Of a DNA stretch of 64,000 bases, positions 26,827-40,556 are shown piece after piece. The notes beneath the pieces were generated by a model. The model made no database searches, was not told the DNA's origin, and saw only the letters and a program-made list of their open reading frames with translations. This stretch comes from an uncultured Planctomycetaceae bacterium (GTDB lineage: Bacteria > Planctomycetota > Planctomycetia > Isosphaerales > Isosphaeraceae), in contig CAWIAD010000002.1 in NCBI GenBank assembly GCA_963833985.1, positions 4,704,001 to 4,768,000 of the forward strand, written 5' to 3'. Position numbers and translations under genes: made by a program. Positions within the stretch are counted from its first letter, which is position 1; each line of letters opens with the position of its first letter.

Positions 26827-27546
26827 ATGGCGGCCGTGAAGACACTCTCGATCGACGGCAAGCTGATCAACGCGCGAGGCGACCAGACGATCCTCCAGGC
26901 CGCCTCCGAGGCGGGAATCTCCATTCCCACGTTGTGCCACCTGGAAGGCGTTTCCGACGTGGGAGCCTGCCGGATGTGCCTGGTCGAGGTCGGCGATCCT
27001 CCCAGGCTGCTGCCGGCCTGCACCACGCAGGTCTTCGAGGAGATGAAAGTGCAGACCGCCACGGAGCGGCTGGCCAGCTACCGGAAGATGATCATCGAGC
27101 TGCTCTTCGCCGAGCGGAACCACGTCTGCTCCGTGTGCGTGGCCAACGGCAACTGCGAGCTCCAGGAACTGGCCGTACGGGTGGGCATGGACCACGTGCG
27201 GTTTGATTATCTCAGCCCCCAGCTGCCGGTGGACATCAGCCACAAGCTCTTCGGCATCGATCACAACCGTTGCGTCCTCTGCACCCGGTGCGTGCGAGTC
27301 TGCGACCAGGTCGAGGGAGCGCACACCTGGGACGTGGCGAACCGCGGCGTCAACGCGCGCGTCATCACCGACATGCACCAGCCCTGGGGGACGTCGCCCA
27401 CGTGCACGTCGTGCGGCAAGTGCATGCAAGCCTGCCCGACCGGGGCCATCTTCGCCCAGGGATCGACGGTCTCCGAACTGCGCCACGACCGATCGATCGT
27501 CGCCTTCCTCGTGAGCGCCCGGGAGAAGAAGCAATGGAACGTCTGA
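26827..27546 (+). CDS. hoxU: HoxU diaphorase small subunit
   Basis: IPTLCH…GACRMCLVE…AC, HVCSVC…C, RCVLCTRCVRVC, CTSCGKCMQACP. Confidence 0.95.
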   Translation: MAAVKTLSIDGKLINARGDQTILQAASEAGISIPTLCHLEGVSDVGACRMCLVEVGDPPRLLPACTTQVFEEMKVQTATERLASYRKMIIELLFAERNHVCSVCVANGNCELQELAVRVGMDHVRFDYLSPQLPVDISHKLFGIDHNRCVLCTRCVRVCDQVEGAHTWDVANRGVNARVITDMHQPWGTSPTCTSCGKCMQACPTGAIFAQGSTVSELRHDRSIVAFLVSAREKKQWNV

Positions 27547-28076
27547 AGCTGGCGACCATGTGGCTGGCGGGCTGTTCCGGCTGCCACATGTCATTCCTGG
27601 ACCTCGACGAGTTCCTCATTGACCTGGAGAAGCTGGTCGACTTCGTTTACACGCCCCTGATCGACGCGAAGACCTTCCCCGAGCATGTCGACGTGACCCT
27701 GCTGGAAGGGGCGGTAGCCAATCGAGACAACCTCGAGTTCGTGCGGATGGTACGATCGCGGACGAAGACTCTGGTCTCCTTCGGCGATTGCGCGGTGACG
27801 GGCAACGTCACGGCCATGCGGAACCCGCTGGGCGGTCCCGATGTCGTGCTCCGGCGGTCCTACCTGGAGAACGGCGATCTGGGGGCCCAGGTTCCCGTGA
27901 GCCCGGGCATATTGCCCGTGCTCCTGGACCGGGTCGTCCCTGTGCACCACGTCGTGCCTGTCGATGTTTTCATTCCCGGCTGCCCGCCCCCGGCCGAGCG
28001 CATCCGCGAGGTGCTCGAGCAGCTCGTTGGCCGACACGCCGCGGGGCTGGCGGGAGATGAGATCAAATTCGGCTGA
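27534..28076 (+). CDS. hoxY: HoxY hydrogenase small subunit
   Basis: WLAGCSGCHMS, FGDCA, IPGCPP. The start overlaps the end of hoxU. Confidence 0.93.
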   Translation: MERLKLATMWLAGCSGCHMSFLDLDEFLIDLEKLVDFVYTPLIDAKTFPEHVDVTLLEGAVANRDNLEFVRMVRSRTKTLVSFGDCAVTGNVTAMRNPLGGPDVVLRRSYLENGDLGAQVPVSPGILPVLLDRVVPVHHVVPVDVFIPGCPPPAERIREVLEQLVGRHAAGLAGDEIKFG

Positions 28077-28528
28077 ACAGTCACCGTAGATCGCACCACA
28101 AAGGGCGCGAAGGAACGCACGAGTTGCGATGCGACCGAGGAATGCAAGGAAGAGATGATCGAGACCACTGAGGAGGGGATCGGGTGAACCACGAAGGGCT
28201 CAAAGATCACCAAGGAAAGAAGAAATCGGGAAATCAATGAGGAATCTGGCGGGGCGTGAGGAAATCATGTGATCAAATCAACGAGTCTCATGGTCACTCC
28301 ATCGCGATCTGTTTTGCTGATCGAAATCCGGGTGCCGGATCACCAGGATAGAGGGAATCTGCCGAATCGAATCTCAGGGATCGCCGGGTTTGAGCGTTCT
28401 TCGTACTTTCTGTGGTGCAACGTGATTGCTGATTGAAGAACCGCTGAAGGTGCCTTGTGGTCCGCGAACTTTCCTACGGCTGGATCTGGGATGTGCAACG
28501 AAAAACGGAACGAAAGCTGGCTTGAACC

Positions 28529-29953
28529 ATGACCCAGCAAATCATCATCGACCCCGTGACGCGGATCGAGGGGCATGCCCGGATCACGATCCAGCTCGAT
28601 GACGCCGGCAAGGTGAGCGGGGCGCGGTTCCACGTGTCCGAGTTCCGCGGGTTCGAGAAGTTCTGCGAGGGACGCCCGCTCTGGGAGATGCCGGGCATCA
28701 CCGCCCGCATCTGCGGCATCTGCCCGGTCAGCCACCTGCTGGCCTCGGCGAAGGCGGGAGACCGGATCCTCTCGGTGACCATACCTCCGGCGGCCGAATC
28801 GCTCAGGAGGCTGATGAACCTGGGGCAGATCGTGCAGTCGCACGCGCTCTCGTTCTTTCATATGAGTTGTCCGGACCTGCTGCTGGGGCTGGATAGCGAC
28901 CCAGCGCGGCGGAACATCTTCGGGCTCATCGCCGCCGATCCGGAGTTCGCCCGCAAGGGCATCCGACTGCGGCAGTTCGGCCAGCAGATCATCGAGATCC
29001 TGGGCGGCAAGAAGATCCATCCGGCGTGGTCGGTCCCCGGCGGCGTGCGCGCCGGTCTGAGCCCCGAGGGCCGCGAGCAGATCCGCGCCCGCCTGCCGGA
29101 GGCCATGGAAACCGCGCACCTGGCACTCCGCCGGTTCAAGGCAATCTTCGATCAGTTCCATGAAGAGGCCATCCACTTCGGCGATTTCCCGTCGCTCTTC
29201 CTGGGCCTGGTCTCCCGGGAGGGGAACTGGGAGCACTACGACGGCAACCTGCGGATTGTTGACTCCGACGGTGAGATCGTGGCCGACCAGGTCGATCCCG
29301 CCCGCTACCAGGAGTACATCGGCGAGGCGATCCAGCCCGACTCGTACCTGAAGTCGCCCTACTACAAGCCGGCAGGGCCGGAGCAGGGAATCTACCGGGT
29401 GGGACCGCTGGCACGGCTCAACGTCTGCACGCACATGGGTGTGCCGCAGGCCGACCAGGAACTGCGCGAGTACCGCTACCGGTTTCGTGGAACCGCCTGC
29501 TCGGCGTTCCTGTACCATTACGCGCGGCTCATCGAGATCCTCGCCGCCATCGAGCTGATCAAGCGAATGATCGACGATCCCGAACTCGGGTCGGATCATC
29601 TGCGGGCCCTGGCCGGGATCAACCGGCTCGAGGGCGTGGGCGTCAGCGAGGCGCCCCGGGGCACGTTGTTCCACCACTACCGGGTGGACAGGTACGGGTT
29701 GATCACCTGGGTGAACCTGGTCATCGCCACCGGCCAGAACAACCTCGCGATGAACCGGACCGTGGCCCAGATCGCACGCCACTACATCACCGGTCCAGAG
29801 ATCCCCGAAGGCGTGCTCAACCGGATCGAAGCGGGCATCCGCGCGTTCGACCCGTGCCTGAGCTGCTCGACGCACGCCGTCGGATCGATGCCACTGCACG
29901 TCCGCCTGATCGCGGCCGACGGTGCCGTCCTGCACGAACTCTGGCGCGACTGA
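28529..29953 (+). CDS. hoxH: HoxH [NiFe] hydrogenase large subunit (group 3d)
   Basis: TRIEGH, L1 [22 protein letters not shown]2 DPCLSCSTH and a cleavable C-terminal tail. Confidence 0.96.
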   Translation: MTQQIIIDPVTRIEGHARITIQLDDAGKVSGARFHVSEFRGFEKFCEGRPLWEMPGITARICGICPVSHLLASAKAGDRILSVTIPPAAESLRRLMNLGQIVQSHALSFFHMSCPDLLLGLDSDPARRNIFGLIAADPEFARKGIRLRQFGQQIIEILGGKKIHPAWSVPGGVRAGLSPEGREQIRARLPEAMETAHLALRRFKAIFDQFHEEAIHFGDFPSLFLGLVSREGNWEHYDGNLRIVDSDGEIVADQVDPARYQEYIGEAIQPDSYLKSPYYKPAGPEQGIYRVGPLARLNVCTHMGVPQADQELREYRYRFRGTACSAFLYHYARLIEILAAIELIKRMIDDPELGSDHLRALAGINRLEGVGVSEAPRGTLFHHYRVDRYGLITWVNLVIATGQNNLAMNRTVAQIARHYITGPEIPEGVLNRIEAGIRAFDPCLSCSTHAVGSMPLHVRLIAADGAVLHELWRD

Positions 29954-29963
29954 GGCAGGGACC

Positions 29964-30512
29964 ATGCCCGACCAGCCCGCGGCTTGCATCCTCGTGATCG
30001 GCTACGGCAACACCCTCCGCCGGGACGACGCCCTGGGACCGCTCATCGCCGACGAGGTGGAGCGGTGGCACTGCCCGGGCGTCCGCTGCCTGAGCCTGGC
30101 GCAGCTCACCACCGACATGGCAGCCGACCTGGCCGTCGCAGAACAGGTCTACTTTGTGGACGCCCGCAGGTGCTCGCCGGCAGAGGCGATTGACGTCCGC
30201 GCGGAGCCGGTCTTGCCTGGCGAGACCCTCGGGGTAGCTCTTGTGCACGCGATCAGCCCGCAGGCCGTTCTGAACCTCTGCCTGCTGCTTTACGGTTGCC
30301 GGCCCCAGGCGGCGCTGATTTCCGTACCTGGTCTCGATTTCTCGTTCGGCGAGGGGCTCTCGGGACTGGCCCTGCACGGGAAGCAGCAGGCGCTGGGGAT
30401 GATGGCGCGGCTCTTCATGCAGCGCGACGGCGGCGAACCCGTAGAATTGCGCTCGTGTCCCAGGTCTGTTGCCGCCAGATCTTCCTCCTCGTACCGAGAG
30501 AACCGCACTTGA
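29964..30512 (+). CDS. hoxW: Hydrogenase maturation protease
   Basis: LVIGYGNTLRRDDALG, VYFVDA, H..SP. Lies directly after hoxH. Confidence 0.88.
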   Translation: MPDQPAACILVIGYGNTLRRDDALGPLIADEVERWHCPGVRCLSLAQLTTDMAADLAVAEQVYFVDARRCSPAEAIDVRAEPVLPGETLGVALVHAISPQAVLNLCLLLYGCRPQAALISVPGLDFSFGEGLSGLALHGKQQALGMMARLFMQRDGGEPVELRSCPRSVAARSSSSYRENRT

Positions 30513-31327
30513 GCACGCGCATCATTCAGGTTGATTCCTTCAGCGACCGCCCGTTCGCGGGCAACCCCGCGGCCGTTTGCCTTCTTGATTCTCCCGCACC
30601 CGACCGATGGATGCAGCAGGTCGCCGCCGAGATGAACCTGTCGGAGACGGCCTTCCTCCATCCCCTTGAACCGGGCAGCCTGTTCCGCCTGCGCTGGTTC
30701 ACCCCGCAGGTGGAAGTGGACCTCTGCGGTCACGCCACGCTGGCGGCCGCGCACGTGCTCTGGGAAGAGGGAGTACTGGACCGGCAAGCTCCGGCGCTGT
30801 TCGAGACTCGAAGCGGTCGGCTGGGCGCCAGTCGGCAGGGTGACTGGATCGCCATGGATTTCCCCGCCGAGCCCATGCAGGCCCCGGTGGAGGACGCGCG
30901 GGAACTGGGCCGGATCATCTCCGCGCTGGGAGCGACGGTGGTCTCGGCGGGCCGAAACCGTCTTGATCTGCTGGTGGAGCTTGCCGATGAGAACACCGTT
31001 TGCAAGCTCCGGCCGGATTATCGGCTGCTCGCGGCCATACCGGTGCGGGGCGTGATTGCCACCAGTCGTTCCAGCACACCCGAGTTCGACTTCGTGTCGC
31101 GGTTCTTCGCCCCGAACGTCGGCGTGGACGAGGACCCGGTGTGCGGATCGGCGCACTGTTTTCTGGGCCCGTTCTGGGGAGCACGGCTGGGCCGCTCCGA
31201 GCTGACCGGCCACCAGGTCTCGCCGCGGGGGGGCGTCGTGAAGGTCCGTCTGCAAGACCGCCGGGTCGCACTGATCGGCAAGGCGGTGACGGTGCTGCGT
31301 GGTCACCTGCTCGACGGCCCCGGGTGA
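30509..31327 (+). CDS. PhzF-family isomerase/epimerase
   Basis: QVDSF…FAGNPAAV, EMNLSETAF, EVDLCGHATLA, EDPVCGSAH. The TTG start overlaps the hoxW stop. Confidence 0.92.
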   Translation: MSTRIIQVDSFSDRPFAGNPAAVCLLDSPAPDRWMQQVAAEMNLSETAFLHPLEPGSLFRLRWFTPQVEVDLCGHATLAAAHVLWEEGVLDRQAPALFETRSGRLGASRQGDWIAMDFPAEPMQAPVEDARELGRIISALGATVVSAGRNRLDLLVELADENTVCKLRPDYRLLAAIPVRGVIATSRSSTPEFDFVSRFFAPNVGVDEDPVCGSAHCFLGPFWGARLGRSELTGHQVSPRGGVVKVRLQDRRVALIGKAVTVLRGHLLDGPG

Positions 31328-31637
31328 TCCTTCGGGGCGCTTGCATTCACGTCACGCGCGGGTGGCGATGCGCCGGCACCGCTCGCATTGGACCGCCGCG
31401 TGGGATCCGCCCGCCGACCGTGTCGCGGCGGACGCGCAGCGCACGACTGGACTCTTGAGCCGCTCGTCCCGCCGTCACGGCGCGTGGAAAACGACATCGT
31501 CCCGCCTACGGATTAATTGATTTTTAGAATTCAATCCTGGATCGACACCCTCCGGCCACGCCCTTTAGGATGAACCGCTCAGGATCGCCGGCCAGGCGCG
31601 GCAACGCATTTATCAGAGAGCACAGGATGGTTTGAGC

Positions 31638-35019
<3,382 letters not shown>

Positions 35020-35025
35020 CCGGCC

Positions 35026-36243
35026 CTATCCGGCGTCTGGCCCATCGCCGATTTCCAGGGCTTGCTGAAGGTCGTCCCAAAGATCTTGCGGGTCTTCCAG
35101 GCCGACGGAAAGACGGATCAGCCCCGGCGTGATGCCGAGACGCCGCAGCATCTCCGGGTCCTGGCCGCGGTGGCTGGTGGAGCAGGGATGGCTGAGGGTC
35201 GTCTGGACGTCGCCCAGGCTGGGAGCGAAGGGGATGTGACGGAGGCCCCGGATCAGGCGGTCGGCCTGGTCGCGACCGCCGACATCGAACGTGATCATGG
35301 CCCCGAAGCGACCGCCCAGGAGCCGCGTGGCCAGCGCGAAGTCCGGGTGCGATGGCAGCCCGGGATAGAACACCCGGCTGACCCGGCCGTGCTGTTCCAG
35401 ACGGGATGCCAGCTCGAAGGCCGTGCCGCTGGCGCGGTCCCCCCGCAAGCTCAAGGTCGCCAGCCCGCGCAGAGCCAGCCAGCACTCGAACGGGTTGCCG
35501 GTCTGTCCGAAGGTCGAGGCGACCGATCGGATGCGATCGATGGCGTCAGCCGGTCCCAGCACCGCGCCCAGGGTGAGGTCGCTGTGGCCGCCGATCAGCT
35601 TGGTGACCGAATGCATCACGAACGTTGCACCCAGATCGATGGGCCGGCAGAGCAGCGGGGCGAACGTATGATCGACCAGCAGAGGAACGCCGGCCGCCCG
35701 CACGACCCGGCCAATTTCGGCCAGGTCGGCCACGCGCAGCAGCGGGTTGGAGATCGTCTCGACCAGGACCAGCCGGGTGCGCGCGGTCACCAGCGGCTCC
35801 AGAGAGGAAGGACAGGCAGGATCGAAGCTGTCGTGGGTAATGCCGAACCGCAACAATTCACGAGCCACGAGCGTTGTCGTCTTGCCATAGAGACCCTCGG
35901 AGATGATGAGGTGGTCACCTCCGGCGCACAGCGAGAGCAAGCTTGCGGCGATGGCCGCCATCCCCGAGGCGCAGATGACCCCTGCCTCGGCGTGCTCCAG
36001 AGCACTCAACTTGGCGGCAAGCTGCACGGCATTGGGATGAGCGTCACGCGCGTAGGAGAACCCGCTTTCCTCACCATTGGAGATGGCGTCGATCTGGTCC
36101 AGGCTGGCGATCTCGTAGACCACGCTGAGGTCAAGCGAGGGCACCAGGGGCAGGCTGACGGACCTGGCCGGAGCGGCGGCGCGGGCACACAGGGTGGCTT
36201 CGCCGGGAGTCGGGGCGGCGGACATCTCGGCCTCGTCGTTCAA
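35026..36243 (-). CDS. PLP-dependent trans-sulfuration enzyme (Cys/Met metabolism family)
   Basis: YAR..HPN, ASGMAAI, ETISNP, VDHTFA, HSVTKLIGGHSD, SLGDVQT, RLSVGLE. Confidence 0.92.
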   Translation of the reverse strand: MNDEAEMSAAPTPGEATLCARAAAPARSVSLPLVPSLDLSVVYEIASLDQIDAISNGEESGFSYARDAHPNAVQLAAKLSALEHAEAGVICASGMAAIAASLLSLCAGGDHLIISEGLYGKTTTLVARELLRFGITHDSFDPACPSSLEPLVTARTRLVLVETISNPLLRVADLAEIGRVVRAAGVPLLVDHTFAPLLCRPIDLGATFVMHSVTKLIGGHSDLTLGAVLGPADAIDRIRSVASTFGQTGNPFECWLALRGLATLSLRGDRASGTAFELASRLEQHGRVSRVFYPGLPSHPDFALATRLLGGRFGAMITFDVGGRDQADRLIRGLRHIPFAPSLGDVQTTLSHPCSTSHRGQDPEMLRRLGITPGLIRLSVGLEDPQDLWDDLQQALEIGDGPDAG

Positions 36244-37415
36244 TGGACGCTGGGTGCTCCGGAGCCCTTGCGATGGAACCGGGCGGCCTGGCCGAGCATG
36301 GCGATGATTTCACCAAGCTCGCGGAGTGACAGCCAGTTGCGCTGCGCCGCCCGGGCCTCGGCCAGCTTGCGGCGATGGCTGGCCAGCTCCGTCCAGTCGA
36401 TCGACCAGGCCTGTTCGATGGCCGCCTCGCGGACGCGCTCGGTCAGTTCCGAGAAGCGGCCGATCAGGGACTCTTCGATCGGACACGCCGTCGAGCGATA
36501 GCGGTGTTCCTGCTCCGGCGGCAATGTCGAAGGGGCTTTCTTGGCACCTTTGAAGACGCCCAGCAAACGGTCGCGCCAGGACGCGGGGCTCGACCCGTTG
36601 CGCTGGCGCTTGCCGGTGGTATCCTGGTGGGAGGTCTCGGCGGAATCCGGATCGACCCAGGGGCCAATCCGCACGATCAGCACGGTGACATTGTCGAGCC
36701 CCCCCCGCAGGTTGGCCAGATTCACGAGATAGCGGCAGGCGTTGCGAGGATGAAAGTTGCCCGCGAACGCGCCGATCTCCAGGTCGGTGACCGGGCCGGA
36801 GAGACCGTCGGAACAGAGCAGGTAGACGTCGGCCAGCTCGACGGCCAGGGGGCCCTCGAGGTCCACCTCGATGGTCGGCTCGGGACCGAGGCTGCGGGTG
36901 ATGACGTTCTTGGGCACCGACAGGTTTGCCTGCTCGGGCGTCAGATGGTTGCGGCGAACCAGCTCCCAGACCAAGCTGTGATCGAACGAGAGCTGGTCGA
37001 TCTGCCCGGCCCGAACCCGGTAGACGCGTGAATCGCCAACGTGCGCGACCAGCACACCCTCGGGTAAGACCAGAAGGGACGAGCAGGTGGTGCCCATCCC
37101 CTGGAACTCGCGATTGGCCGCGGCCCGGCTGTGGATCAGGGCACTGACTTCATGAAATGCCTTGACGATGGCCTCGGACGGAGTGCCCAGCTTGGCTTTC
37201 ATGTAGTTGTGCGGAATCAGATCGCAGGCCATCTTGCTCGCGAGCTCGCCGACCGCGTGCGCACCCATGCCGTCGGCAACCATGAAGACATGGCCGCGGC
37301 TGCGCCAGACTTCCATGTTCGGAGCCCGGACGGACGCGTGGCTGTCCTGATTGTTCGACCGCCGCATGCCGGTGTCGGACTGCGCCGCGTCGATGATGAC
37401 GTCATCCCAGTTCAC
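36240..37415 (-). CDS. PP2C-family Ser/Thr phosphatase with a C-terminal helical extension
   Basis: G.RRSNNQD, VADGMGAH, MGTT, HVGDSR, DHS, LLCSDGL, GGLDNVT. Confidence 0.93.
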   Translation of the reverse strand: MNWDDVIIDAAQSDTGMRRSNNQDSHASVRAPNMEVWRSRGHVFMVADGMGAHAVGELASKMACDLIPHNYMKAKLGTPSEAIVKAFHEVSALIHSRAAANREFQGMGTTCSSLLVLPEGVLVAHVGDSRVYRVRAGQIDQLSFDHSLVWELVRRNHLTPEQANLSVPKNVITRSLGPEPTIEVDLEGPLAVELADVYLLCSDGLSGPVTDLEIGAFAGNFHPRNACRYLVNLANLRGGLDNVTVLIVRIGPWVDPDSAETSHQDTTGKRQRNGSSPASWRDRLLGVFKGAKKAPSTLPPEQEHRYRSTACPIEESLIGRFSELTERVREAAIEQAWSIDWTELASHRRKLAEARAAQRNWLSLRELGEIIAMLGQAARFHRKGSGAPSVH

Positions 37416-37816
37416 GGTCTAACCTTGGCGTATGAATTCCGCCTGCGGACTGCCCGCTGATCGCCGGGCAAGGCCCGCGATCACGCCCTGTGCTCTGCTT
37501 ATCATGACCGGCCGGCCACCACGATCCGGCAAGACACTCTTCGTGAGAACGTCAATCGTTAGCGTTTCTTCAGCTCACGCTATTTTTCGCAACCCGTCCA
37601 CCCGGTAGCGTATTGTACTCGACCAGGACCACGGCGAGTATTTTTTCCTTTAAATCCTTCGAACGGATCGACCCGCGGGACGCTTTGACCCACGCGTGGC
37701 CGAAAAGTATAAGCGGTATCGCTCAGTATTCAATACTACTTGATTCGCTTCTTCATTGTGACCCCACGACTCCGGCGTTGCAAAAACCACGCCATATTCC
37801 CGAAACGACCCAGCCC

Positions 37817-40472
37817 ATGCATTTGCCAGAAATTGACTACTCGAAGTTCACCCTGGATAACGGCCTGGACGTGCTGCTGAGGTACCAGCCAGGACTTCCG
37901 CTCGTGGCCACAAATCTCTGGTACCACGTCGGTTCGAAGAACGAGGAGAGAAGCCAGCGGGGTTACGCTCATCTCTTCGAGCATCTCATGTTCGAGGGCT
38001 CCGCGCACTTCCCGGGCGACTTCTTCAAACGCCTGCAACCACTCGGTGCGAACATCAACGGATCGACCTCGTCGGACCGCACGAATTACTTCGTGGACAT
38101 CCCTGCTGCGCACCTCGAACTGGTCCTGGCGATGGAGTCGGACCGGATGGCCTTCCTGGTTCCCGCCCTGGACGACTCCAAGCTGAACATCCAGAAAGGA
38201 GTCGTCAAGAATGAGTATCGGCAGAATTACGCCAACCGGCCTTACGGCATGGTCTGGCCGGTCCTCTCCGAGGCGCTCTATCCGCCGCACCACCCCTATA
38301 GCTGGTTGACCATCGGCGACATGGAGGACCTGGAGGCCGCCTCGCTGGGGGACGTTTCGGCTTTCTTCCAGCGCTATTATGTACCCGCGAACACCAGCCT
38401 CGCGATCGTGGGCGATATCGATCCGGAGCGAACGCTCACCCTGGTGGAACGGTACTTCGGGTCGATCGGCTCCGGCAGCAAGCCGCTCCTGCCCTGGACG
38501 CCAGACCCCGCATTCGGGGGCAGCCGCGAGATCGTGCTTCAGGATCGGGTGGAGCTGAATCGCTACTACCTGGTCTGGCATTCCGTGCCGCACTTCCACG
38601 CTGCCGACGCGGCCCTGAGCGTGCTCGGCGACATACTTGCCCGCGGCCGCGCCAGCCGGCTCTATCAGCACCTTGTGGTCGATCGTCAGATTGCCCAGGA
38701 CATCTCCGCTTACCAGTCCGGCCGGGAGCTCGCGGGCACCTTCGGCATCATCGCCACCTTGCGTCCGTTGCGTTCCATCGACGAGCTACGCGATCATCTC
38801 GACGCAGAGATTGGCCGGATTGCCAGCGAGGGTGTGTCCGAGACCGAGCTCCAGCGCGTGCTCACCATGAGGACGGCCAGCCTCGTCTTTGCACTCGAGC
38901 ACATGGGAGGCTTTGGCGGAGTGGCCGACCGGCTCAACGCCTACAACGTCTTCCGCGGTGACCCGTCTCTGGTGACCTCTGACCTGGAGCGGTACCTGAG
39001 CCTGACTCCTGAGGCCATTCGAGAAGTGGCCGCCGGCTACGTCGCGGGCAAACCCAGGGTGGGCCTCTCCGTCCTGGGGCGGAAGCCCGCAAGTTCCTCG
39101 GTGCCGCTGGACCGCAAGATTCCTCCTGCCAGCAAGCCGCCCGCGGTCTACCATGCGCCACGGCCGGAGATGCGGACCCTTGGCAACGGCACCCCGCTCT
39201 GGGTGCTTCCCCGGCGCGATTTGCCGGCAGTTGCCCTGGCAATCACGCTGCCGGGCGGCAGCAGCTTGCAGCCGCCGGCACGCGCCGGTGTGGCACAGCT
39301 TGCCGTCGCGATGCTCGACGAGGGGACAGCGAGCCGGTCCGCCGCGGAGATTGCCCTGGCGGCCGAGGCCATGGGAACAGCTCTCTCGGCGAGCTGTGGG
39401 TGGGATGGCGCCTTCGTCACGGCGCGGTTTCTCAAAGCGTTCCTGGAGCCCAGCCTCGCGCTTGCCGTCGAGATCCTCCGGCATCCCACGTTTCCCGAGG
39501 CCGAGTGGAACCGGATCCATGCCCAGACACTCGCGGCGCTGCGGTCGCAGCGCGATCACGCGGAGTCGCGCGCCCACCGGGAACTCCTGCGCTCGCTCTA
39601 CGGCCCCGAGCATCCGTACGGGCACCCGCTCGATGGAGCGGAATCGATCGTCGCGGGACTGTCGCGTGCCGAGGCGATCGCATTCCATGGCCGACATCTC
39701 GGGCCTTCCGGCGCGGCCGTGGTGATCGCCGGGGACGTCGATCCCGACGAGGTTGCCCGCATCCTCGACGCCCACCTGGCGGGCTGGGAAGGCCCCCCGC
39801 CGAACGGCCCGTGATCCCCGATGCCCCGCCCGCTGCCGCGCCCAGGATTCGACTGCTCCACCGCCCTGGAGCCGCCCAGGCCGTGCTGCGGATCGGACAT
39901 GTCGGTGTCGCGCGCGGAGATTCCGGGTTCGAGCACCTGTTGCTGGGCAACCAGATCCTGGGCGGTCAGTTCACATCACGCCTGAATGAGAAGTTGCGCG
40001 AGCAGCGCGGTCTCACCTACGGCGTACGCAGCCATTTCGATGGCCGGCTCGGCCGTGGTCCGTTCTCCATCGCCACGTCCGTTCAGTCGGACAGGGTGGC
40101 CGAGGCCCTGGAAGACATCCGGCACGAGCTGCTTGCACTGCTCGGCGACTGCCCCCCCACCGAGGCCGAGCTTTGCGACGCGCGCCGTTCCCTGGTCGAA
40201 GGGCAGACCCGACAATTCGAGACCCCGTCCGCGATGGTGGGCCGGTATGCCCACCTGTTCGTCCACGGTCTGCCGCCAGACCATTACGCTGGCTTTGCCG
40301 ACCGCCTCGCCGCGATTGACCTGCAAGCCCTGCGTGGCGTGCTCGAACAGCGCATCCACCCAGAAGAACTGGTTGCCGTCGTGGTGGCCGACGCTGCCAG
40401 GCGCAAGCACAGCTTGAGCGGCTCGACTGGGCCGAACTGGACATCGTCCAGGACCCCTCCGCATCCGACTGA
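37817..40472 (+). CDS. M16 (insulinase/pitrilysin) zinc peptidase; apparent frameshifts near 39790 and 40400
   Basis: HVGSKNE…GYAHLFEHLMFEGS (HxxEH). A second M16 half with SRLNEKLREQRGLTY lies in another frame. Confidence 0.9.
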
Positions 40473-40556
40473 GAGGGAAGAAATTCGGACCTGGTGGGCT
40501 TTCTGCTGGTTGTCGAAGTCAAGGTCGACATAGAATGGGAGAGTTCGCAGACGCTC

